From Candidatus Thorarchaeota archaeon (lineage in GTDB: Archaea; Asgardarchaeota; Thorarchaeia; Thorarchaeales; Thorarchaeaceae), in contig JAEORO010000246.1 of assembly GCA_016840855.1 (NCBI GenBank), forward strand, positions 1-15,610: DNA of 15,610 nucleotides, given 5' to 3'. The stretch's first letter is position 1; each line of letters starts with the position of its first letter. The notes under the pieces are model-generated. The model searched no databases. It saw nothing but the letters and a program-made list of their open reading frames with translations, and was not told the origin of the DNA. This document shows positions 1-8,537 of this stretch, piece after piece. Position numbers and translations under genes: made by a program.

Positions 1-1852
1 ACCTTGCATGATCATTTGGCTCTGTGAAGATAGGATGAGATGCATCCCAGAAGTACATCGTTGGTTCACCTGCTCTTGTGGATTGATATTCCACACCCAT
101 CTTTGACCACAATGGATGCGTTGGATGTTCATCCACGGTAAATGCAGTCAATATTAGTGTACCACCAGTATTTACGAATGCATATAGTTCATCATAGATT
201 ATGGATTCAGGGAAATAGTTGACATTGTTATAGATTAACAGGTCCCACGATTGGGAATCAACAAAGTCATCCAGATATCCTCGTGTATTGAAGAGCGAGT
301 ACGATAGTCCAAGGTCTCTAAGAGCTCGACAAACAGCATCATTCCATCCCAAATAATCAGTATGGACAAGAATTCTTGCATCAGTTGATGACAACCAATT
401 CAAGACGTTCAATGCAAATTGAAGGTTGGATTGTTGGGATAATTGCCCATTATCAAAGATGTTCTGATCTGATGAGAGGATTGTTCGTCCACGTCCAAAT
501 TCCTCACCTGCCACGACAGAATCAGACCCATCAAACCAGATGCTGGTCGCATTCCCAATCACACTCAAATAATTCCTGTAGCCCATCGCTAATGCAGTGC
601 AACCTTCGAGGGTAACATGTGTTCCTGGACTCATTGTAGCATAATCTAAAACATCTGTTGTTCCAAGACTCATATCGAAATTCTGGAGTAATTGGTTGAG
701 GTAAGTGACTCCATCTCCACCTATTCCAGTTCTATCTCCTAGAACTAAAAGACTTCCACCACCATCAACCCAAGTTTCAATAGCTGAACGTTCAGCAGAT
801 GTGAAATCCAAATCTGGATAATCAATAATTAAAACATCATACTCGGCAAGCCGCACAGATGTCAGATTGCCAGAAGTTGAGGGGTATATTTTGTCAAATG
901 TGTACGAATGATTAGCAACAAGGGTTCGAAAATAACCGAAATTGTTTACAGAATGCCAGACTGTGCAATATCCAGCGTCCCAATAATCAATTCCAAGTCG
1001 AGGAGAATGTGAGAGGTCATAAGCAATCCGAGCCTTTGGCCTTGGAATTAGCCATTCAACAGCGTCAAGGATAATGCTTTCCATATCAGATGAAATGTCA
1101 TAACCATCTCCAGGCAGGTGGACAATCCTACCTCCGTCTCTTGAGTTATCAATCGCAAAAGCCGTGATATAGCCATATGTGATTGAATTATTCATCAGAA
1201 TAATCATATCACTTCCCCTTTGAGCAGTAAGTTCTGGACCCCAAATTGTTGCCCAATAGTCCTCTCGAATAGTGACTCCATCACCTTCGTGATAAGCTTT
1301 CATTGTTGGATGTCGAGCTGATACATTTTGTACATCACTTTGATAATAGCCCCAATGATTGCTATTTCCTTCGTCTTCAGTCAAATCTGGATTTATGTAT
1401 CCACCAAACCAGAGATAACTCACTGCGCTGTCGAAGGTCATTAATCCTCCACCACCGAGTGAGAATTCTTTGACGAGATTGAATATACTCGGACGGGGAA
1501 TATTGTCCACTATGATGAAGACGTCATAATTTGCGGTTATCAGTTCATGATCGAGAATATCTTCCTCAGTGAGGAGGTCAACAGAATGACCTGCATCTTC
1601 GAGTAGATTTTGAATCTCAGTGATGTTATTTGATAAATACAGAGCATCCGAGATTGCAGGAACTGTAAGGTTGTCTTCGTCATATATTGCGACTCTAGCG
1701 TTGTGTTGTAATTGAGATAACAACGCTTGAGATTCAAATGGTCCGTCGATATTTGCCAGAGCGTCACTTCCGCCCAAGACAAACGCCGATGGAACAAATA
1801 GGAAACTTGTTAGAAATATTGCTACTATAAGTATTGGCGTGACTCGTGTCAA
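1..1852 (-). CDS. Secreted/surface protein with three tandem class I glutamine amidotransferase-like (DUF4350/GIFT/ThuA-like) domains; partial, runs off the left edge
   Basis: Manual translation from TTG at 1852 is open for 617 codons to the window edge. N-terminus MTRVTPILIVAIFLTSFLFVPSAFVLG resembles a signal peptide. Repeated motifs: YDVFIIVD..VKEFSLGGGGLMTFD; YDVLIIDYPDLDFTSAERSAIETWVDGGGSLLVLGD..GRGRTILSSDQNIFDN..NLQFALNVLNWL; WDLLIYNN..LYAFVNTGGTLILTA. SD GGAGGTG at 1859-1865. Confidence 0.85.
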   Translation of the reverse strand, partial: MTRVTPILIVAIFLTSFLFVPSAFVLGGSDALANIDGPFESQALLSQLQHNARVAIYDEDNLTVPAISDALYLSNNITEIQNLLEDAGHSVDLLTEEDILDHELITANYDVFIIVDNIPRPSIFNLVKEFSLGGGGLMTFDSAVSYLWFGGYINPDLTEDEGNSNHWGYYQSDVQNVSARHPTMKAYHEGDGVTIREDYWATIWGPELTAQRGSDMIILMNNSITYGYITAFAIDNSRDGGRIVHLPGDGYDISSDMESIILDAVEWLIPRPKARIAYDLSHSPRLGIDYWDAGYCTVWHSVNNFGYFRTLVANHSYTFDKIYPSTSGNLTSVRLAEYDVLIIDYPDLDFTSAERSAIETWVDGGGSLLVLGDRTGIGGDGVTYLNQLLQNFDMSLGTTDVLDYATMSPGTHVTLEGCTALAMGYRNYLSVIGNATSIWFDGSDSVVAGEEFGRGRTILSSDQNIFDNGQLSQQSNLQFALNVLNWLSSTDARILVHTDYLGWNDAVCRALRDLGLSYSLFNTRGYLDDFVDSQSWDLLIYNNVNYFPESIIYDELYAFVNTGGTLILTAFTVDEHPTHPLWSKMGVEYQSTRAGEPTMYFWDASHPIFTEPNDHAR

Positions 1853-1858
1853 TGTCTA

Positions 1859-1894
1859 CACCTCCCGAATCTGTGCATTATCTCATTATATAAA
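1859..1894 (-). promoter_or_regulatory. Archaeal-type TATA box (TTTATATA, 1887-1894) and SD (GGAGGTG, 1859-1865) for the 1852 gene
   Basis: The minus strand reads TTTATATA..GGGAGGTGTAGACA-TTG, with spacing typical of archaeal promoters. Confidence 0.6.
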
Positions 1895-2041
1895 TAAACT
1901 AGAAAAAAGACTCATGGTAACGATATTAGAATCAATAAGGTTGATGTTTGACAAGTCTATCAAATAGTTCTTGAATCATCATCCAATTATTGATATGGCT
2001 GATGCAGTTGTAACCACCAGCAAGTGAGTGAGTTCAGACAT

Positions 2042-2566
2042 ATGACACTTGAAGAAGTTTTTCTCATACTGGCTATTGAGCTATGCGTCATTGTGTTTGT
2101 AGTCTGGATAGCTTGGTCGGGGATACTCGGCGCACCTTGGCTACCAACGCCAAAAAGCAAGGTAAGAGCAATGCTTGAATTTGCGAAGGTGAATGCCAAT
2201 GACAAATTGTATGATTTAGGATCTGGTGATGGTCGAATCATTGTCATGGCTGCTAAAGAATTCGGAGCAAATTCCATTGGAATAGAGGTGGATCCACTTC
2301 GACTTTTTTGGTCACGCCTAGCGATAAGACGCAACAAACTAGGGGAGAAAGTCAAAGTGATTAGAGCCAACTTCTTCAAGGTGAGTCTCGAAGATGCTAC
2401 AGTTGTAACATTATATCAAGGGCATGAAATTAACAAAAAAATCAGAGCCAAGCTCGATAAGGAACTGAAGTCAGGTACGCGTGTGGTCTCCTATCGATTT
2501 ATTCTTGATGGATGGACACCAACCAAGATGAATAAAGACAATTCAATTTACCTCTATATTGTCTAA
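2042..2566 (+). CDS. Class I SAM-dependent methyltransferase with N-terminal TM helix, FAM173/aKMT-like (putative protein lysine methyltransferase)
   Basis: Hydrophobic N-terminal helix, GAPWLPTP pre-motif, motif I YDLGSGDGR, GIEVDP, ANFF, and ELKSGTRVVSYRF..GWTP. ATG at 2042 is preferred over GTG at 2024. Confidence 0.85.
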   Translation: MTLEEVFLILAIELCVIVFVVWIAWSGILGAPWLPTPKSKVRAMLEFAKVNANDKLYDLGSGDGRIIVMAAKEFGANSIGIEVDPLRLFWSRLAIRRNKLGEKVKVIRANFFKVSLEDATVVTLYQGHEINKKIRAKLDKELKSGTRVVSYRFILDGWTPTKMNKDNSIYLYIV

Positions 2567-2615
2567 CTTGAGTCAATTAGGTAGAGTTTTCAAGTTTCAA
2601 TAAATAAGCGACTGG

Positions 2616-3434
2616 ATGATAATCAATAAAGTCAATGCCAAGAGTATCATAACAAAAAGCAATATTCCAGGGATTGATTTCGTCATTAACCCATACATAG
2701 GTTGTCAGCACGCATGTATTTACTGCTATGCTGAATTCATGAAGCGTTTTACTGGACATTTTGGTGATTCTTGGGGGGAATTTCTTGATGTAAAGAATTA
2801 CAATTGGGAAAAAATACAACCTGAGAAATATAATAGTAAGTCTCTTCTTCTTAGCTCGGTAACTGATCCATATACGCCACTAGAAGCGAAATATGAAAAT
2901 ACAAGACATGTTTTGGAGAACCTCGTCGGTACTAAAGCCTTTGTTCAGATACTGACGAAATCTAGCTTGGTCACTAGAGATATCGACCTTTTCAAACAGT
3001 TTGACAACATCGAAGTTGGCATCTCAATCAACTCGCTTGATGATGAGTTTGTAAAAAAAATCGAACCACGGGCATCAAAACCATTGGATCGTCTTGATGC
3101 ATTGAAAATTATTTCAGAATCAGAGATACCGACCTATGTATTCATCTCACCTATATTCCCTAGGATATCCAATTGGCAAGCTATAATCGAAGCATCGTTA
3201 TCAATCACAAATGACTTTCGTTTTGAGAATCTAAATTTCAGAGGACATAATATTTCCCGTATTATGAATCTAATCAAAGTGAGATACCCTGAGTTAGTAG
3301 AATATTATGATCGAATAAGAAGGCACTATGCATTATGGGATGAAATTGAAGAGGATATTAAGAAATATTGCAGCACGAGAAAAATTAGACACGAAATAGA
3401 TTTTCACCATGGAGGATTCTCAAAAATTAGCTAA
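2616..3434 (+). CDS. Radical SAM protein, spore photoproduct lyase-like (SplB/Rv2578c-type) family
   Basis: INPYIGCQHACIYCYA (CxxxCxxC), SSVTDPY, ILTKS..V.RDIDL, and IEPRAS.P..RL..L are hallmark SPL-family motifs. Confidence 0.88.
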   Translation: MIINKVNAKSIITKSNIPGIDFVINPYIGCQHACIYCYAEFMKRFTGHFGDSWGEFLDVKNYNWEKIQPEKYNSKSLLLSSVTDPYTPLEAKYENTRHVLENLVGTKAFVQILTKSSLVTRDIDLFKQFDNIEVGISINSLDDEFVKKIEPRASKPLDRLDALKIISESEIPTYVFISPIFPRISNWQAIIEASLSITNDFRFENLNFRGHNISRIMNLIKVRYPELVEYYDRIRRHYALWDEIEEDIKKYCSTRKIRHEIDFHHGGFSKIS

Positions 3435-3516
3435 CCTCGGAAGGACTATTGAATCGATATTTCAACTCTGTTTGTGACCAATGATGATGAATCAATCTTT
3501 CACGATGGTGCTTGAC

Positions 3517-4824
3517 TTATTCATCAACCACCTTACCTAAAGTAGTAGCTTTTTTCCGAAGCGTTTCGCTTGAAACTTCCGCATAGATTCCTTCAGGATT
3601 GTGGTCATGAAAAACTCTGGTAAAATCATCGTTGCGAAACTCAAATTTCAGAGCTGGAAAGCCATCATCAAAATCTCGGGGAGCAATTGATACATAAGTT
3701 GTCATGTCTTTCTTCTCTTTCTTGCATGTTTCACAGAGATAGAGTTTCATCGATAGATGCATTTTGATGACATCAAGAAGCTCTAATTCTTTCAAGTAAT
3801 AGTCGAATTCCTCTGGTATACGATCAGAAATTTCTCTTGCAACTGTTCGAGTTATCTGGGGGTTGATTTGGCCTTCAAATAGAGCTCCAATGACGTAACC
3901 TAATGCAGCAACACCAATCTTTGCCCAGCTAGTTTTTTGTTGAGCCTCAATAACCTGTTTAGTTTTTGGGATTTTTATCTCGCCATCCCATTTCGCACTA
4001 TGAAGCTTTAATCGTTTGAGTTCAATTTCACCACAACCACAACACATCTTTGGCCATCGCCCTTGACGATTAAATGTCGGAACTTCAGTATATGCTGGAA
4101 TTAGGAGTAATTCGTCGATGTTTTGAGAGATTTCCACTATTCGGGGCATTCTACCGTCTTCTATTGAGACTGTCACCATAGCACCAGACTGAGGAATCTC
4201 TCCAATGCTGTCTGGTCCATATCTCATCTCAAGTGTCAAATCTTCGAGTTTGAGAAAAACACTGCCAATTTGATATCCCGCTTTCTGGGAAATGGTATCT
4301 CTCAAGAATCGACCTCTAATTGTCCGAATCATTCCGGGGATTACATCAACTTCATGATCGACTGGTTTTGCCCGGGATATTTGTGGACCTTCTGACCCAC
4401 TGCGAATAATTTGAAGTACACTATCAGAATCCAGCGGATACACAATTAGAACAGTGGGATAGTCTTCATTCATTGCCACTTTCACTTTATCGTTGAGTGC
4501 TTTATCAAGCTTTGATGCTTTCTTCAGAAAACCTTTCCATGAGGGGTCTTTTGCTCGTTTCATAGCAACACCAATGTTAAACATGACAATTCCATCATCT
4601 TTAACCAGTTTCTTTGCGGCTTCAATGGCCTTTCTGTATTCAGCTTCTCGTCCAAAACAGCCTGTGACATAGGCATATAATGACCAATACATTGCCGAAT
4701 CTGGAGTTTCTCTGATGATACTTTCTAAGAGGGACTCAGATTCACTCAATCGACCCTTTTCGATAAGATGCATTACCTCGACAACACGATACTCTAAAGA
4801 TTTCTCTTGACCCAATACACCCAT
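3517..4824 (-). CDS. Hypothetical protein: N-terminal TPR-like repeats, central beta-rich (possible OB) segment, C-terminal Cys-pair domain with a hydrophobic helix
   Basis: 435-aa ORF. TPR-like pattern GRLSESESLLESIIRETPDSAMYWSLYAYV..GREAEYRKAIEAAKKL; WPKMCCGCG and LYLCETC; WAKIGVAALGYVIGALF. Confidence 0.75.
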   Translation of the reverse strand: MGVLGQEKSLEYRVVEVMHLIEKGRLSESESLLESIIRETPDSAMYWSLYAYVTGCFGREAEYRKAIEAAKKLVKDDGIVMFNIGVAMKRAKDPSWKGFLKKASKLDKALNDKVKVAMNEDYPTVLIVYPLDSDSVLQIIRSGSEGPQISRAKPVDHEVDVIPGMIRTIRGRFLRDTISQKAGYQIGSVFLKLEDLTLEMRYGPDSIGEIPQSGAMVTVSIEDGRMPRIVEISQNIDELLLIPAYTEVPTFNRQGRWPKMCCGCGEIELKRLKLHSAKWDGEIKIPKTKQVIEAQQKTSWAKIGVAALGYVIGALFEGQINPQITRTVAREISDRIPEEFDYYLKELELLDVIKMHLSMKLYLCETCKKEKKDMTTYVSIAPRDFDDGFPALKFEFRNDDFTRVFHDHNPEGIYAEVSSETLRKKATTLGKVVDE

Positions 4825-4886
4825 CCCTGAAAATTTTCTTCTTCATAACTATTGATAAATCATATTGATGAAGAGCTGCGTATCAA

Positions 4887-5909
4887 TCATTTAAAGAAAG
4901 TATCAATTTCTTCCTCAATTTTTAATATTCGAATGCTGGCCATTTCCTCAAGCAGATGAAAAATGACCTTGATATGGCCCAATTGTTCTCTCATAAGCTC
5001 AACTGCACCTTCACGCAATCCCCTTGATGTGGCCCCTTCGTCTATTGATATTAAAACATCAAGCAAACGTCTGAGAATGGCAATAACCTCAAAATATTCT
5101 ATTTCATCAATTGTATGTCCAACAGCTTTTTGATAGCCATCAAGAATCATATCACGATTTTTCCTTGTTGAATAGGCTCTTGTTAGCAGTAAAGTCCAAG
5201 CAAGATCGTACCGAAAATCTCGAATGTTGGATGCCCCCCAGTCAATTACAAACGGATTTCCATTTTTGTCGATTAGAATATTCATTGGATGAAAATCTCC
5301 GTGTGTAATCGAAGGTTGTTTGCAGGGAACTCTGTCAACACGTGATTTCAGCCAATCAAGTATCGGAATTAGTTCTCTCTTCCCAAATCGGTCAATGGTG
5401 ATTCTGAAGTCAGCAAGAGTTTTGTTGATAATAAAGTATGGATCATCTGCAGGAATGACTTGGGGGTTTGACATAAAATAAGTCCAGTCCAGATGGTGCA
5501 ATTCAACAAATAACCTGCTGAAGAAGTCTATCCAGCTTCCTCTATCAGCACCAGGCATAGATATTATTTCCTCTAAGGTATTTCCGTTAATTCGATTCAT
5601 AATCATGAAGGGATGTCCAAATATGGATTCGTCTGTTTCAGTTAGAAGCACCCTTGGAACAGGATAACCTACTTCTGAGAGTTTCTTCATTACCATTGAT
5701 TCTCGTTCTGCTTTTTCGCTATTTCCAGAAGCATACATTCTGATAATGAGCTCCTCGTTCACTTTCCCTTTGTCTGAAATCCATTCCAAGTCAAAAGAAA
5801 AAATCTGGGTTTCCCAACCACTCGTAATATCTTTGTAATTAGAAATTTGCAAAGAGGATCTGTTTGGGAAACAGCGATGCAGGTATGAAAGTAAAGGATA
5901 GGATTCCAT
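4887..5909 (-). CDS. Aminoglycoside phosphotransferase/choline kinase-family protein (ACAD10/11 N-terminal-like)
   Basis: Brenner motif ITHGDFHPMNIL, IDWG and DFRYDLAW, plus N-lobe AERE..VMKKL...GYPVPRVL..E.DESIFGHPFMIMNRING. Confidence 0.88.
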   Translation of the reverse strand: MESYPLLSYLHRCFPNRSSLQISNYKDITSGWETQIFSFDLEWISDKGKVNEELIIRMYASGNSEKAERESMVMKKLSEVGYPVPRVLLTETDESIFGHPFMIMNRINGNTLEEIISMPGADRGSWIDFFSRLFVELHHLDWTYFMSNPQVIPADDPYFIINKTLADFRITIDRFGKRELIPILDWLKSRVDRVPCKQPSITHGDFHPMNILIDKNGNPFVIDWGASNIRDFRYDLAWTLLLTRAYSTRKNRDMILDGYQKAVGHTIDEIEYFEVIAILRRLLDVLISIDEGATSRGLREGAVELMREQLGHIKVIFHLLEEMASIRILKIEEEIDTFFK

Positions 5910-6028
5910 AAATTATTAGAAATTAGCTCTATTGATTTATTTTTAGTTGCAGCACTCATTTATATGACTAGACTCAAGTTACTTAGTTTTCATTGGATTT
6001 TTATTGCCGGAGAACACCTAGCAAGGGT

Positions 6029-6832
6029 ATGAAAAAACTTGAACACTGGCTTGTGAAAGAAGAAGAAGATGGGCAAGTTATGTGGCTGCTGCTCAATCGT
6101 CCCGATAAGAAGAATGCAGTTGGTGACTCTGTCATAGAAGAGTTGGATCAATTTCTTGATGAACTGGCATCTAATTCGAGAATACGTGTTCTTGTTATAT
6201 CCAGTGCGTTGGATGACACATTCACAGCTGGAGCGGATCTTGAGATATTTTTCAAAACGTATCAAGGAGATGTTTACAATGAAGCCTTTCAGATATCAGA
6301 GAAAGTCCAAACTGTCTTTGGCAAGCTAGAGAGCCTGCCCGTCCCAGTCATATCCGCCGTAAAGGGAATCTGTTTGACAGCTGGTCTCGAAATGTCTCTG
6401 TGCTGTGATATAATAATCGCTGCAAATAATGCTACATTTGGTCAAATTGAAACTAAATATGGAATTATTCCTGGTGGAGGCGGCACTCAGCGGCTGACAA
6501 GGTTGGTAGGTCCTTTAAAAGCTCGGGAACTCATTTACACATGCAGTATTATTGATGCGGAGGAAGCTCTACGAATTGGGTTAGTGAATAAGGTTGTACC
6601 CCTCTCGAATCTGGAAGAAACTGTCACCGATATGTGTAAGAAAATCCTTAGAAACTCAAGACAAGCCATAATGAAATCGAAGTACTTGATTAACAAAGCG
6701 ATTTATAATAATCCAGATGGATTCTTAGGAGAGAATCAAGGTTTCGGAGAAGTATTTGCATCGGGAGAACCAAGGGAGAGATTGTCTGCGTTTATTCAAT
6801 CTAGAAAAGAAAAAAAGAATAACGAAGGATGA
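6029..6832 (+). CDS. Enoyl-CoA hydratase/isomerase (crotonase family)
   Basis: LNRPDKKNA, FTAGADL, PVISAVKG, GLEMSLCCDII and FGQIETKYGIIPGGGGTQRLTRLVG; both catalytic Glu positions are present. ATG at 6029 is the likely start. Confidence 0.93.
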   Translation: MKKLEHWLVKEEEDGQVMWLLLNRPDKKNAVGDSVIEELDQFLDELASNSRIRVLVISSALDDTFTAGADLEIFFKTYQGDVYNEAFQISEKVQTVFGKLESLPVPVISAVKGICLTAGLEMSLCCDIIIAANNATFGQIETKYGIIPGGGGTQRLTRLVGPLKARELIYTCSIIDAEEALRIGLVNKVVPLSNLEETVTDMCKKILRNSRQAIMKSKYLINKAIYNNPDGFLGENQGFGEVFASGEPRERLSAFIQSRKEKKNNEG

Positions 6833-7021
6833 ATGATTTCTACTCAATATTCCATACAAATCACTGCATTAGATCTTCCAATTATTTTGGAGCTCCGAAA
6901 GTAAGTTACAATTAACTTTTATCTCTGATAATTTTACGACTTCGATTATTGTGCTGTAGATAAGTTGGTTATAGTTTGCATTTCCACATCAGCATAAAGA
7001 ATAGCTAAGAGAACATCTCAA

Positions 7022-8509
7022 ATGACAGACTTGGGAAATAGCATGGATGAATCATTCAATGTTAATTTCGATGAGCGTTTGCCTTTCAAATCAAAAATGG
7101 CTTTTGGATTAAGTCAAGCTTCCATTAATATTCTTCAGATTATTGCATTGGGTTCTGCGATCACTTTCTACTATAACGTAAAACTAGGTTTGAGTGAAGA
7201 ATGGATTTCCCTAGCTTGGCTCCTGTTTGCATTCTGGAACGCAATCAACGATCCTTTATTTGGAATCCTCCAAGAAAGAATTGATACAGATACGGGAAGG
7301 CGCATTCCAGTTCTGCGCTATGGTGCACTGTTTTATTCTCTCACCTTTATTATTTGCTGGTTCCCATTCATAGGAAGTACACAAATAGCTTTGTTCTGGA
7401 ACCTGTTACTTGTGCTCTTTTTATTCGATTCAATGTTTACCATGGTCGGTTTAGTAATAACTGCGTTACCTGCTGAAATGTGCATTACTCAAGAGGCAAG
7501 GTCCAATCTCAGCTTGTATAACGTAATTGTAGGATCAATCGGTGCTTTAATGGCGATGATACTCCCTTTGATCTTGCTCACAGAGGAGGCATCAACTGAG
7601 CTTAATCCTCTCTTTAAGCCAGTGATGGTAGTAGTAGCGATAGTTGCAGGAACAGTCCTGTTCCTCTCGAGTTATGCACTAACTGAAAACGAGTATGCTA
7701 GGACTGAAGAGCCAATGGGGTTCATTGAATCGATTATCGAAACCGTCAAGAATAAGGAGTTTCTAGCATTCGAAGCCATGAATTTCTTTCATGAGATGGC
7801 GTTCACAATCGTACTTGGTTCAATGATATATTTTGTTCAGTTTGTCGTTGTGTTACAAGGTTTCTTAGCGTCTATTCCATTATTTGTTGTTTTTATCCTC
7901 ATGCTAGTATTTAGTATCCTTGCTGATAGGATGGTTAAACAAAGGGGTCTAAAACAGGTTTATATTATTGGACTTATGCTGGCTAGTACAGGTCTCATAT
8001 TCCTATTTTTCTCAGGGAGCTGGCTGGTTGCAGTCATGCTGAGTTTAGTTGTGGTGGGAATAGGATTCGCTCCTGTTACCCTAATATGGTCTCCATTGTT
8101 AGCGGATGTAATCGACCACGATGAAATACTGACTGGTAAGAGAAGAGAAACAACCTACGCGGGCATGAATGCTCTAATTACGAAACCAGCTATCTCTATC
8201 GCAAATGCATTATTCTTATTGGTCATCAGTGCATTCGGTTTTGATAATACTCTGAATGTACAACCAGAATCAGCAATCTTTGGAATACAGTTGGGATTTG
8301 CATTGATTCCTGCAATATGTTTCATAATTAGTGCAGCCGCGCTGTGGAAATGGTACACGCTTGATGGCGAGGAGTGGATTGCTAAAAAGACTGAATTAGG
8401 CAAGATACGCTTGCAGAAAGAAAAGGAATACATTGAGCAACTGCAGAGAGAAGGAAAAATATCCAAGGTTTATCAGAAACTTTACAGAGATTCGCAAGGA
8501 GAAAAATAG
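7022..8509 (+). CDS. MFS transporter, glycoside-pentoside-hexuronide (GPH/MelB-like, MFS_2) family
   Basis: About 12 hydrophobic helices, with WNAINDPLFG, TDTGRRIP and LLADVIDHDEILTGKRRETTYAG signatures. Confidence 0.9.
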   Translation: MTDLGNSMDESFNVNFDERLPFKSKMAFGLSQASINILQIIALGSAITFYYNVKLGLSEEWISLAWLLFAFWNAINDPLFGILQERIDTDTGRRIPVLRYGALFYSLTFIICWFPFIGSTQIALFWNLLLVLFLFDSMFTMVGLVITALPAEMCITQEARSNLSLYNVIVGSIGALMAMILPLILLTEEASTELNPLFKPVMVVVAIVAGTVLFLSSYALTENEYARTEEPMGFIESIIETVKNKEFLAFEAMNFFHEMAFTIVLGSMIYFVQFVVVLQGFLASIPLFVVFILMLVFSILADRMVKQRGLKQVYIIGLMLASTGLIFLFFSGSWLVAVMLSLVVVGIGFAPVTLIWSPLLADVIDHDEILTGKRRETTYAGMNALITKPAISIANALFLLVISAFGFDNTLNVQPESAIFGIQLGFALIPAICFIISAAALWKWYTLDGEEWIAKKTELGKIRLQKEKEYIEQLQREGKISKVYQKLYRDSQGEK

Positions 8510-8537
8510 TGCGAGAAGCTATCACAGTTTTGGAGAG

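Noticed and set aside
376-1797. ORF-track entries 376-615(+) and 1540-1797(-)
   Set aside because: Both are shadow ORFs overlapping the long minus-strand frame 1852..1.
4887-5909. Aminoglycoside resistance gene
   Set aside because: The fold is shared with many metabolic kinases, and there is no mobile-element or resistance context.
8433-8537. Apparent 77-bp overlap between the transporter and GH38
   Set aside because: This is an artefact of longest-ORF start choice. GH38 homology begins after the ATG at 8538.
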